NCBI RefSeq assembly: GCF_963921235.1
Contig: NC_086097.1
Span: forward strand, 48,858,001-48,922,000
DNA: 64,000 nt
Source of the DNA: Mobula hypostoma
Lineage: Eukaryota
Direction of reading: 5' to 3'
Positions 50,810 through 63,627 of this stretch are shown piece after piece; the first letter of the stretch is position 1; each line of letters opens with the position of its first letter. Both the position numbers and the translations under genes were made by a program. The notes beneath the pieces are model-generated. The model had not been told where the DNA came from. It made no database searches and worked only from the letters and a program-made list of their open reading frames with translations.

Positions 50810-53800
50810 ATGGGGAAAAGAGTGGAGGACTACTCCGGGATTTCTGAAGTAAATATTCTGGGTCGAGTGTACACCGTTTCTCCACGAAGTGGTGACCTCT
50901 ACTATATGAGACTTCTTCTTCGTCACATAAAGGGACCAGTGTCTTTCAAATCATTGAAATCACATGATGGAGATATCCTTCCATCATTCAAAAATATCTG
51001 TAGAGAGAGAGGATTGTTGCAAGCTGACGATCACTGGCAACAAACTATGGAAGAGGCAGAGAGAACAAGAATGCCCAGAGCAATGAGAGCTTTGTTTGTC
51101 ATCTTGCTAACAAACACTGAAATCAACAATCCACAACAATTATGGAACCGGTCCAAGAATGCAATGTCTGAAGATTTCTTACCAATGGAGGGGAGAACTA
51201 TCAATGATCCTAATATCATGAGGACAATATGAGTGAGGTTGATGTTCTGGAGCATGCTGATATTAAGGGAGAGGAGGTGTTGGAGTTGTTAAAATACATT
51301 AGGACAGATAAGTCCCCGGGGCCTGACGGAATATTCCCCAGGCTGCTCCACGGGGCGAGAGAAGAGATTGCTGAGCCTCTGGCTAGGATCTTTATGTCCT
51401 CGTTGTCCACGGGAATGGTACCGGAGGATTGGAGGGAGGTGAATGTTGTTCCCTTGTTCAAAAAAGGTAGTAGGGATAGTCCGGGTAATTATAGACCAGT
51501 GAGCCTTAAGTCTAAGGTGGGAAAGCTGTTGGAAAAGATTCTTAGAGATAGGATCTATAGGCATTTAGAGAACCATGGTCTGATCAGGGACAGTCAGCAT
51601 GGCTTTGTGAAGGGCAGATCGTGTCTAACAAGCCTGATAGAGTTCTTTGAGGAGGCGACCAGGCATATAGATGAGGGTAGTGCAGTGGATGTGATCTATA
51701 TGGATTTTAGTAAGGCATTTGACAAGGTTCCACACGGTAGGCTTATTCAGAAAGTTAGAAGACATGGGATCCAGGGAAGTTTGGCCAGGTGGATTCAGAA
51801 TTGGTTTATCTGCAGAAGGCAGAGGGTGGTGGTGGAGGGAGTACATTCAGATTGGAGGATTGTGACTAGTGGTGTCCCACAAGGATCTGTTCTTGGACCT
51901 CTACTTTTTGTGATTTTTATTAATGACCTGGATGTGGGGGTAGCAGGGTGGGTTGGCAAATTTGCAGACAACACAAAGGTTGGTGGTGTTGTAGATAGTG
52001 TAGAGGATTGTCAAAGATTGCAGAGAGACATTGATAGGATGCAGAAGTGGGCTGAGAAGTGGCAGATGGAGTTCAACCCGGAGAAGTGTGAGGTGGTACA
52101 CTTTGGAAGGACAAACTCCAAGGCAGAGTACAAAGTAAATGGCAGGATACTTGGTAGTGTGGAGGAGCAGAGGGACCTCAGGGTACATGTCCACAGATCC
52201 CTGAAAGTTGCCTCACAGGTGGATAGGGTAGTTAAGAAAGCATATGGGGTGTTAGCTTTCATAAGTCGAGGGATAGAGTTTAAGAGTCGCGATGTAATGA
52301 TGCAGCTCTGTAAAACTCTGGTTAGGCCACACTTGGAGTATTGTGTCCAGTTCTGGTCACCTCACTATAGGAAGGATGTGGAAGCATTGGAAAGGGTACA
52401 AAGGAGATTTACCAGGACGCTGCCTGGTTTAGAAAGTATGCATTATGATCAGAGATTAAGGGAGCTAGGGTTTTACTCTTTGGAGAGAAGGAGGATGAGA
52501 GGAGACATGATAGAGGTGTATAAGATAATAAGAGGAATAGATAGAGTGGATAGCCAGCGCCTCTTCCCCAGGGCACCACTGCTCAATACAAGAGGACATG
52601 GCTTTAAGGTAAGGGGTGGGAAGTTCAAGGGGGATATTAGAGGAAGGTTTTTTACTCAGAGCGTGGTTGGTGCGTGGAATGCACTGCCTGAGTCAGTGGT
52701 GGAGGCAGATACACTAGTGAAGTTTAAGAGACTACTAGACAGGTATATGGAGGAATCTAAGGAGGGGGCTTATATGGGAGGCAGGGTTTGAGGGTCGGCA
52801 CAACATTGTGGGCCGAAGGGCCTGTACTGTGCTGTACTATTCTATGTTCTATGTTCTATGAACGATGAGAGGCATCACGGACAAGCTCTTCTGTATTTCC
52901 AAGAGAATCTTGAGAACTTGGGCAAAACATTTGAAGAATATAACTTGCCGACATCAAGAAAACGTACAATTACTCAAAGTGCTGGCAATCTGGAATTTTT
53001 GCGTGAACTGCAATACAACACAGACAAACAGCAGGAATTTGTTTCACAGAAGGAGCCCCTATTGAATAATGAGCAAAGAGAAGTGTATGAATATGTTTGC
53101 GACTGCTTGGAAAGGAATCTCTCTTCAGTGATTTTCATTGATGCACCAGGAGGAACAGGCAAGACATTTATCATCAACTTGATTCTCACTAAAGTTGGGA
53201 GAGATGGAGGTGTTGCTATTGCTGTAGCATCATCAGGTATTGCAGCAACATTGATGCCTGGTGGTAGGACAGCGCATTCAAGATTCAAGATACCCCTCAA
53301 AGTCAATGAAGATGCCCTTTGTAACATTGATAAAAACACCAATACTGCAAATTTACTCTGAAATGCGAGGATAATTATCTGGGATGAGTGCCCCATGATT
53401 AGGAAGGAGAGCTTTGAAGCTGTAGACAGGACTCTTCCTGATTTATGCGGCAAGAATGAGGCCTTCAGGGGTATTTTAACCATTTGCTGTGGCAATTTCC
53501 ATCAGCTTCTAGCAGTTGTGAAACGAGAAAATGATGCTGATGTGAAGAATTCATGCATTAAAAAATCCTACTTATGGAGAAGCTTCATCAAGTTTCAATT
53601 GACGAGAATCATGTGATTGAGTGAAGGAGAAGGACGATATTCTGAGTTCTTATTGGATGTTGGAGAAGACAAGATTGAGAAAAATGAAAACAATGAAATT
53701 GAATTACCTGAAGATATGATTCTGCCAGCAAAAATCTACCCGACATTCGACAATCCTGCAGAATTTTTCGAGGAATTCTATCTTGGTTCCTCTCAATGAA

Positions 53801-54318
53801 ATGATGCGAAAAATAAACTTCACATGCATTAGACGCTTCCCTGGAATATGAAATAATACTGTTCCTTCAGTGCCGTAAGTGAAGGAGCTAATGCCACTCA
53901 TTTTCCAACAGAATTCCTTGATTCGGTCGAACTCTCTGGATTGCCACCACATAAACTGGAATTGAAGAGGGGATCTCCCATCATTTCAATGAGGAACTTG
54001 GATCCACCAAGGCTTTGCAATGGAACGTGAATGATGGTGGAAGAACTGCACGACAATCTCATCGTAGCAAAGATAAACATTGGTGTGATCAAAAATGACA
54101 TTGTCGTGATCCCAAAAATTACTCTCAGTTTATCAGAAGGGGAAGGTGTCCCTCTTCAGCGGAGCCAGTTCCCGATACAGTCATGCTTTGCTATGACTAT
54201 ACATAAGGCGCAAGGCCAAACCATGGAGAACGTGCTGATTTTTTGGAGGAATTCCATGCTGGGGAGTATTCCCGCATGGTCAGCTGTATGTGGCTTTAAG
54301 CCGGGGAAAAAGAAATGA
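50810..54318 (+). pseudogene. Helitron RepHel helicase portion (PIF1/SF1B), interrupted by CR1
   Basis: GRVYTVSPRSGDLYYMRLLL...GLL..DDHW, IDAPGGTGKTF (Walker A), AVASSGIAATL..GGRTAHSRFKIP, IIWDECPM (Walker B), QFPIQSCFAMTIHKAQGQT. Confidence 0.93.
51222..52857 (+). mobile_element. CR1 LINE, 5'-truncated, inserted in the Helitron
   Basis: Uninterrupted 520-aa ORF 51229-52791 (RT; FADD mutated to FADN) and a (TTCTATG)3 tail. ATGA is duplicated at 51218-51221 and 52858-52861. Confidence 0.95.
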
Positions 54319-54929
54319 AAACGTTAGAGTATTCTTGAAGAGTGGCAGATCAACCAGAAATGTTGTCATCAAAAGTGTCCTTCGTTAAACGAGGAGGAGC
54401 TATATTTGTCTTGCTACGTGTCTTTCTTCTTTAATAAACTGAGTTTTTCTTCTTTCATTTCCAAAGCAAAGCGATAGCAATAGCATTTAAGGAAATTTAA
54501 TGTTCATTCTGGTCACATCAGACTGCACTACCCTTCTCTCAAAGGGTGCCCAAACGGGTCACCCTGTTGTCTAGTATTCACTGAAAAGTGAATTTTGCAA
54601 CATATACATAGACAATTGAAATTAAACAAGATATCACAACAAAAGACTCATAATACAATATTGTGAACAGAAATTTGACATATATTGTATCATTTGTATC
54701 ATAATGTATCATTTCTTAATGCATGCATTACCAAATGACAATAAAAGAGGACTATGTGTCTTCATAATCATAATCATATTGGATGTTGAAGAAACTATTA
54801 GTTAAAAAAACTTACAATAACAATCATTATATACAATATCCTGGTTTTCTAAGGAATTTTCTGATAGATAGAAGTTGAAAATGAACAAATGATGCCAGCT
54901 TATGGCACGTCTAACATTCTATGCCAATG

Positions 54930-55485
54930 CTCTTGAAGGGAAAATCCTGCAAAATTAGTGGATATGGCCCAGACCATCACGGGTAAAGTCTCCCCACCAC
55001 TGAGCACATCTACAAGGAGCCCTGTCACAGGAAAGCTGCATCCATCATCAAAGACCTCCACCACCCAGAATATGCTCTCTTCTCACTGTTGCCAGTAGGT
55101 AGAAGGTACAGGAGCCTCAGGAACAGTTATTACCCTTCAACCATCAGACTCTTAAGCCAGAGGGGATATCTTCACTCAACTTCACTTGCCCCATCACTGA
55201 ACTGTTCCTGAAACCTATGGACTCACTTTCAAGGACTCTTCATCTCATGTTCCTGATATTTATTACTTATTTGTTTATTGATTTATTTATTATTCTTTTT
55301 TGTATTTGTGCATTTTGCTCTCTTTTGCAAACAGGTTGTCTGCCCTTTTGGTGAAATCTTTCATTAATTCTATTATGGTTAGTGGATTTATTGGATACGC
55401 TCACAAGAAAACAAACCTCAGGATTTTATATGGTGACATACAGAATATGTACTTTCATAATAAATTTACATTGAAATTTGAATTA
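54930..55485 (+). mobile_element. Rex1-like LINE 3' end
   Basis: Encodes KAASIIKDLHHPEYALFSLLPVGRRYRSL. The 3' UTR ends AATAAATTTACATTGAAATTTGAA. Confidence 0.8.
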
Positions 55486-56194
55486 ATGGATGACCTGGAA
55501 CAACTGGCATGGGGGGCATCATTTAAGTTGTTCTATGATTTTGAACAGGTTGTGTAATGAATCCTTCAGCGTTAGGCAAGGCTCTGCCAGCAGCTTGAGC
55601 CTCGCTCATAAAAGCTGGCAATATCATAAACTGAAAACCTAGCCTGCTCTTCTTTAAATAGTTGCTGGGAGAGAGCTGTGTTTTCATTTGTATTTTAATT
55701 ATATTTTATTGCATGTTATATCATTCACTGGCTGCTTTTACTAGTTCAATACATATGCACTTTATGGTAGCCTTCCAGCCAATTCTTTGCTTGGTTACCC
55801 TGTGCTGTTTTTGACCCTTAAATCATGCCACACAAAGTGCTGAGAATGGAGATTGCTTGCAGCTTCTGAACATTTGCACAAAATAACTTCATGAGAAAGC
55901 AAATTCATATGTAAATTACTTAGATTCTACATAAAAATCACAATGAAGACTTTTGATTGTATCATCTTGTTTCCTCATAGCAACTACCTCAGCTTTCATT
56001 ACAGCCAAGCATAAGAGCAAACATCCTTCCTTTTGCTTTCTCTTGCATTTTTACTGGAAGCTGGATGGCCTTTCTTTCAGTCTTTCTTTCAACTCCATTT
56101 CCCAGATAAGACTGGGAAACCTTCTTGCCACCCCCTCCCCCCCACCCCCTCTGATTTCAGTGTTCTAATGATTACACTGTCCTTGATGGTTAAT

Positions 56195-57325
56195 AGAACA
56201 TAAAACATAAAAAAATGGAACAGTATACGACCTTTGGCCCATGATGTTGTGCCAACCTTTTAACCTACTCCAACACTTCTCTCCTGCATTGACCTCCATT
56301 CTTCTTTCATCCTTGTGCCTATCTAGGAATTACTTATATGTCTGTAATATATCTGCCTCTACTACCACGCTGGCTGTGTTTCACGCATCCATCAATCTCT
56401 ATGTAAAAAAAGACACAACCTCTGATATCTCCACTATACTTTCCTCCAATCACCTTGAAATTCTACCCTCTTGGATTAGCAATTTCCATCTTCCTTTGCT
56501 CCAAAGAGAAAAGCTCTAGTTCACTCAAACTTTCCTCAAAAGACATCTTCTCTAATCCAGGCAGCATCCTGGTAACTCTCACTCCCTCTCTAAAGCTTCC
56601 ACATTCTTCCTCTAATGAGGGGACTAGAAATGAACACAATACAAGTGTGGCCTAACCAGAGTTTGATAGATCTGTAACATTATCTTACAGCTCTTGAGTT
56701 CATTCCCCTGTCGACTGAAAACCAACACAACATATCAGTCCTGATGAAGGGTCTCGGCCCAAAACGTCGATTGTTTATTCATTTTCATAGATGCCGCCTG
56801 ACCTGCTGAGTTCCTCCTGCATTTTATGTGCGTTGCAATAGAATATATGGCCTCCTAACTCCCCTATCAACTTATGTGGCAACTTTGAGGGATCTATGGA
56901 TGTGGAACCCAAGATCCCTCTGCTCCTCCTCACTGCCAAGAACATTGCCATTAACCTTGTACTCTGCCTTCAAGTTTAACTTTCCAAAGTGTATCACTTC
57001 ACACTTTTCCAAAATGAACTTCATCTGCCACTTCTCAGCCCAGCTCTGCATCTCAATAAAATCTATGACAAGCTTGTATAAAATCCACAACACCACCAAC
57101 TTTCATGTCATCTGAAAACTTACAAACACACCCTCCCGCTTCTTCATCCAAGTCATTTATAAAAATCACAAATAGCAGGGACCTAGAGCAGATCCCTGCA
57201 GAAGACTACTGGTCAATGACCTTCATATGGAATACATTCTTCCTACTAACACCCTCTGCCTTCTGTGGACAAGGCAGTTCTTAATAGACTGAGCCAAGTT
57301 TCCCTGGATCTCAAGCCTGTTGACT
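56195..57325 (-). mobile_element. CR1 fragment containing a Penelope pLTR insert (56736-56837)
   Basis: ORF 56872-57099 (WAEKWQMKFILEKCEVIHFG). The insert begins CAGTCCTGATGAAGGGTCTCGGCCC. Confidence 0.85.
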
Positions 57326-60300
57326 TATACTAATAGTCTACTACTTATTGAAATGAAGAAAAGGATTGATAACAAATGTGGTAATTCTTTAAAGAAAATA
57401 ATCTTTGCATATTTTCTTTGAAAGTTGCAAAGTTCAGAATCAAGAACAAAAGCTAAGACAATAATAGGCTTGAGAGAACCAAAACTGGTTAACTTATTGT
57501 TTGTTTGAGATGGCATTATAAACTGTTTATGCATTTATAGAAATAGTGAAATAACTTAAGTAGTGCACACACAAATAAACAAATTCTAGATTTAACATTC
57601 ATTAACTTTTACTTTCAGTATCACATTGAAAAGGTTAGCATTAAGGAGTTGATGTTGAATGTTTCAATGCCATAATCTCTGTCACCCTAATTTGTAGTTG
57701 CGATAAATGTAAGAACATCTTTGCAATTTTACTAATGAATATCATTAAGTTTTCCATAACCACATGCCCTAGAGACTAATTTTTCATATTAAATCTCCTT
57801 CAAACTGTTTAAATCAATATTATGTTATCATTTTTCATACCTTGCTGAAAAGATGTGAAACCATGAAAGACAAAAGGGTACAAATTAATTCCTTAATAAG
57901 GAATGTCAACAATTTTCCTTAATTTATTCCACATTATTAACTTTATTATCTTTTATGGCATGAAAATTCTTAGAATCATAGGTGAAATGAAATGATAGGG
58001 ATAATATTCATTGAATTGCAGAGCATCTCCTAAAATCTACAACTAATTGATGGTAAAATATATAAATACTAATTTTCAATTAACAATTATTCTCTGCAAT
58101 GGATTAGAAATTCTACAATTTGCCAATTACAATTTCTGCAGCTGTTCAAATTCAAGGACAGGGGTTAATGTAGAAGCTACCATTACTGGTAGTAGCAATT
58201 CTACATCTATGTCCATTATTTTAGAGAAACTTATTGTAAATAGATTGATGTCTGCTCTGAAACACCAAATAAATAACATTTCATGATGAAAGCACTCATC
58301 TGCTTACATTGCTGAAAGGAATTGTTTGATTGTCCAGCTGTAAATAAGTGTCCATAAAAACTTTGGGAAGCATTTTACAAATGAACAGATCTTTAATATA
58401 TTTTATTTAGTTATTATTTCTGGTAAAATCACAAGGATAGCAGAAAAGGAATTTGGTGCTTCAGGGATTTTATACTTCCAGCTCACTATACTGAGAGAAA
58501 GTGAACAAAATCATAAATCATCTGCAATAAATTATCTTTTTACATCTATTCTACTGTTAGAAGGAATGTTGATGACGTGACTCTCTTGATATCACTTGGA
58601 TTCTCGCTCTGAACTCATTCTGATTGCTAGCCAGGTCACTCTAATTTAATGGCAGGAATGCATTATCCTGATACTTGAGGTAACCCAAAAATTAAGGTTT
58701 GATTGATCTTAAACCAGATGATTCAAGGCAAGTAATGATTGCAGTTGCTATTTCAAAGATTTACTTAGTGTCCTTATTCAATAGAACTTCCCATTATTCA
58801 TTGTACCCTGCACACCATAATTCAATCGAGAAACTCATATAAAAATGGTACCCAGATGGTTGCAGAGGCAATTAAGAATAGGCTGATAACATTAACAGCA
58901 AAAGGAATTTTTATGTTCTTTGCTTTTGAAGCCTTTAAAACAGATACTTTCCTGCAATAAATAGGAAAAGTATTGTAGTTCTGAGACATGAGATAAATAA
59001 AGGAACATATATCTGCCTTTGTGCGTTTCAGCTCTGTTCTCTCCTCTCCTCAACTTTCCCAGATATCTTAGGCTCCTGGTATTACAGAATGATGCAGCAG
59101 AAAAGGTGCTAATCACATCCAGTCTGCCTCTGCTGGTCCAGCTACAGATGCAGGGATATCATATTTTAGTGTTGGTGTTCATATTTTGGTGTTAGAGTCA
59201 TAGGAAGAAATACAAGTTGGAAGCATGTCCTTCACCCCTTTCGGTCCATGCTGACTATGAACTGCCCATTTTTACCCTAATTCACTTTATTCCCCCCCCC
59301 CATGCCAGATGCTACCCCTTCTTTGCACACAAAGACAAAGTTACAATGACAAATGAACTTATCAACCTGCTTTGGGACGTGGGAGGAAATTGATGAAACT
59401 AGGAATTTCAGCTGGGATGGTGATAAAATGCTGGAACCCTGCCCAATTAGACTAAATACCCTGATCCCACTTGAACTGACTCAGCCTTAATTGAGATCTT
59501 TTGTCTTGGTGTAGGGCGCAGATTGAAGCTGTATCCCCCTGTGATCTTCAGTCTTGGTTTAGGACGAATACTGAAGCTAGGTTCCCATGTGTTTATAAGG
59601 CTTGTTCCCGCTGGTTACCCTCGCTGAGTCAAGAAGGAGCTCAAATAGCTTTTATGTTTAAACTTGCATCATAGGAGCAGCATGGGTCAAGGCAAAGTGA
59701 AAGAAATTGTTGAGTTTTGAAGATCCATTCTGATCCTGTGCAGTTATCAAGAGCAATGAAACATTTGTGGTTCCTAGGGTCATCACTCATCCAACACGAA
59801 ATCCATTCCAAGGGCAGCTTCTGTGATTCTGAGTGATGGCCCAGCCACATTTACATACACTACCCTCTCCCTCCATCATTCAATAAAATTACCTTGGGTT
59901 GATGTCTCACCAGGGACCACTCTCCCAAGTCCGGCATTCACAGATAAGCTATAGTTGGCCACCAGAGGTTTTGAGCAACCTGGAGGAGACACATTCCCAC
60001 ACCTCCAAGCTTATAAAACTCACTTAAAACACGCTGACCTCCTTTGTTTGCTGACCAGTACCCATGACAAGCTTGGCACATTATAGCAGTTCAACAACAT
60101 ATTCCAGACTGTCACGGAAACCAACGTGCACAGGCATAATGTGGTTTCACCCTGAGACTGACAGATATCTGCGACAGTCACCAAACAGTTAAAATGATGG
60201 CACAGCAGAAACTCATTTTTCAGTATTAGCAGCTTGCACTATTCACGAACCTTGAGTGATGAAGGGTCTTAGCCCGAATCGTCTACTATTTACTCTTTTT

Positions 60301-60483
60301 CATAGATGCTGTCTGGCCTGCTGAGTTCTTCCAGCATTTTGTGTGTTTTGCTTGAATTTCCAGTATAGGCAGATCTTTTCATCTAAGGTATATCTTAAAC
60401 TCTATTGAATGTCACTGTGCTTGTCAAGCAGCTTCTGTGCATACTAGATCAAATATTCAGATATGCACAATTAACTGCACATG

Positions 60484-61227
60484 GTGGACATTTTATTAGA
60501 TACAGTGGTGGAACCTGGTGTGGTCTTCTGCAGCTGTAGCCCATCCAGTTTAAGGTTTGATAGGTTGTACATTCAGAGATACTCTACTGCACACTACTGC
60601 TGTAGCTCGTGGATATTTAGACCATAAGACCATAAGACATAAGAGCAAAATTAGGCCATTCAGCCCATCAGGTCTGCTCCACCATTCCATCATGGCTACT
60701 TTACGAACCCTCTCAATATCATTCTCCTGTCTTTTCCCCATAATATTTCATGCCCTGACTAATCAAGAATCTATCAGCCTCTGCTTTAAGTATACTTCAT
60801 GACTTGGCCTCCACAGCCAACTGAGTTTGGTGACTGCTGCCATCCTGTCTGATTGAACCAGTCTGGCCATTCTCCTCTGACCTCTCTTATTAACAAGGTG
60901 CTTTTGCCTACAGAACTGCCACCCTGGATATTTTTTTTTTGTTTTTCTCTCCATTCTCTGTAAACTTTAACGATTGTTGTGCATGAAAATCACAGGTGAT
61001 CAGCAGTTCTGACATACTCAAACCACCCCATCTGGCACCAACAATCATTCCATGGTCAAAGTCATTGAGATCATATTTGTTCCACATTCTGATGTTTGGT
61101 CTGAACAACAGCTGAAGCTCTTGACCATTCTGCATTCTTTGATTCATTGAGATGCTGCCACATGATTGGCTGATTAGATATTTGTATTAATGAGCAAACG
61201 TACAGGTGTATCTAATAAAATGGCCAC
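60484..61227 (-). mobile_element. Non-autonomous Tc1/mariner element, interrupted by a CR1 3' end (~60621-60820)
   Basis: Inverted repeats GTGGACATTTTATTAGATACA and TGTATCTAATAAAATGGCCAC (20/21). ORF 60908-61147 (DLNDFDHGMIVGARWGGLS) is the Tc1 transposase N-terminal HTH. Confidence 0.85.
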
Positions 61228-63096
61228 TGCATGTTTGCTGCACTACTTGAAAGAATTTCCAGTCCACTGTTTCTGAGTTCAGGTAATAGAAGATTAGTTA
61301 GAAAATCAAGCAATCCTTAATGCATGTGATTTACATTTTATATCCAATTCATCAGATTTAATGACAAGCTCAACAAAACTGAAGCATGAAAATGCATAGT
61401 TCAACAACATTGAAAGTTCAGTGCAAGTAAAATAGGGAAGTTTATATTTCAATTACAGCAATAAGATAGTCTCCTGTATTTTAGCACTAAAATTCAATTA
61501 AATATAAATATTTATAATTTGTGAAAGATATGCAGCAGTGAGATTCTGCCTGAGCAACGTGTGTTGACTATTTTTCGTTTTAATGGCCCGTGCACCAAGT
61601 TCTAATTATATTGCAGAAGTGGCTTTCAACACGGATACAGCTCACAAATTATTTTAAATCATCTTCGCGTCGATGCTTATTCCTGTAAAGGGGAAATGAA
61701 CCTCTGTTAAATTGTAAGTGATGATGTTCTTCTTGGACTGTCACTACCCAGTGCTGCAGATGTGAAGCAGCTTAATGATCTACCACAGACATTCATCCCT
61801 GAGATTCAGCATTTCAACAGCAATGTAACTGGCCCTTCAACCCACTACAACTCTGCTGGCCACCAAGCATCTATCTCTGCTAATCCCACACCTTGTCCTC
61901 TTACATTCCAATTAACTCTACACCTTCTCCCAACCCTTCCATTCATTCTCCTGTCAGCCACCTACATTACAGCCAACTACTCTCTCAACCAGGTAGGAGG
62001 AAACCGGAGGAGAGCCACCCTGGCGAAACTTCAAACTCCACAGAGAGTGTATCAAGGGTCAGAATTGCACTCAGGTCTCCGCACCCATGAGACAGCAGAA
62101 CCAATGTGTACTCAGTATCAGACTCCAATCAAGCAAAGTGCTCCAGAGCACTTTACAGCCACATATTAAAATGTAGATGTGTGCATGGCACTTGGTCATC
62201 ACTCGCAAGGCCTTGCTTGTCATCCACTGTTCATCTCCATAGATGCTGCCTGACCTGCTGAGTTCCTCCAACGTTTTGTGTGTGTTCCTTTGGATCTCCA
62301 GCATCTGCAAAGTCTTTTGTTTATGAAAGAAGAAAGGCAGTGTGGGAAGTAAGGAAGAAGAGATGGAATTCTAAAATATGGTGATTAAGGAAGAGGCTAA
62401 AAAATTTTCTCTCATATAGTAGATTGAATAATATTCCAAGAGCTTTGCAGATACCATAAGAGTATAGCCACTATTATGTTATGTGGCCACAGAAAGCTCC
62501 TAGAAACAGCAACGCAATAAATAATCAAGCCATCTATTCTAATTCAGAAGATTACAGACAGTAGAAATTTGAAATTCAAGTAAAAAGTGCTGGAAACACA
62601 CAGCAGAATCTGTGGAAAGAAGAACAGCATGAATGTTTTCAGGTAGAGGTTTTGTTAGTGTCTTTAACCTGAAGCATTAACACCTCCTTCTGAGATGCTT
62701 CCTGGCCTGCGAAGGTTTTCCAGGATTTTTGGTTTTAAATTTACTGATGTTGGTCAGGGACATAGGATTGAGTGTAAACAATTCATCCACTCCACTCAAT
62801 CTACCATTCAATTAGTCAATTGTTGACCTGTATCCAATTCAATCCATGGGAACTGGTTCCACATACTTCAATGACTTGTCTAGCAAGAATCCATCCTTAG
62901 ATTTAAAATTATGACCTGAATTATCTCTTAGTTTTTCTCATAGGTGCTAGTCCACCACTCAACTACCCTCAGAATGGAGAAGTGTTTCCCAACTTTGCTT
63001 CTGAAAGACTGGCAATGAGTTTAAGATTACGTACTTGTTTCTTATGCCAGCCAACCTAAGTCTGGTCTCTGTAAGCTTCTCATAATGTAACATTTA

Positions 63097-63385
63097 GAGG
63101 GGCACCATGGTACCGTAGTGGTTAGCACAACGCTATTACAGCTTGGGGGCATCAGAATTTAGAGTTCTTACGTCTGTAAGGAGTTTGTATCCTCTCCTCG
63201 TGATCGCAAGGGTTTCCTCCTGGTGCTCCAGTTTTCTCCCACAGTCCAAAGATGTACAGTTAGTAGGTTAATTGGTCATTGTAAATTGTCCTGTGATTAA
63301 ACTGGGTTTAAATAGGTGGGTTGTTGGGTAGCATGGTTTATTGGGCTGTAAGGGCCTGACCCGCACTGTATCTCTAAATAAAATG
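63097..63385 (+). mobile_element. HE1/V-type SINE
   Basis: Head GTAGTGGTTAGCAC, V-domain-like GGGTTTCCTCCTGGTGCTCCAGTTTTCTCCCACAGTCCAAAGA, and tail CTGTATCTCTAAATAAAA. Confidence 0.82.
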
Positions 63386-63627
63386 AATGACTACAATAAT
63401 ATTTAGGTGGATCTGCGCTACATACAAATCTACTACAGCTGCTCCAAGAGCAGAGCACTACACTAGATGTATTCTTAACTAAACCTGCTAAAAGTTTTGC
63501 AGACTTCCATTTTCCAATATTCCAATATTCAACACCTTTACATTAGTTTTACTTTTCACTTTTTATATCTACCTGATGTATATTAGTGTTCTGTGTACAA
63601 TGGCCCAGGTTGTTTGGACCTGTTCTA

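Larger units (their letters stand above)
49528..54574 (+). mobile_element. Helitron, non-autonomous (Rep domain apparently deleted, PIF1-like helicase retained)
   Basis: 5' A|TCTATAC at 49528. 3' hairpin GGGTG-CCC-AAAC-GGG-T-CACCC (54544-54564) is followed by CTAG|T. RepHel ORF pieces lie in between. Confidence 0.88.

Noticed and set aside
52858..54318. PIF1 helicase as a host gene
   Set aside because: Intronless, disrupted by stops, and bounded by Helitron termini.
59030..59105. Polypyrimidine tract plus AG suggesting a small exon
   Set aside because: Weak donor site, no recognisable peptide and no supporting neighbouring exons.
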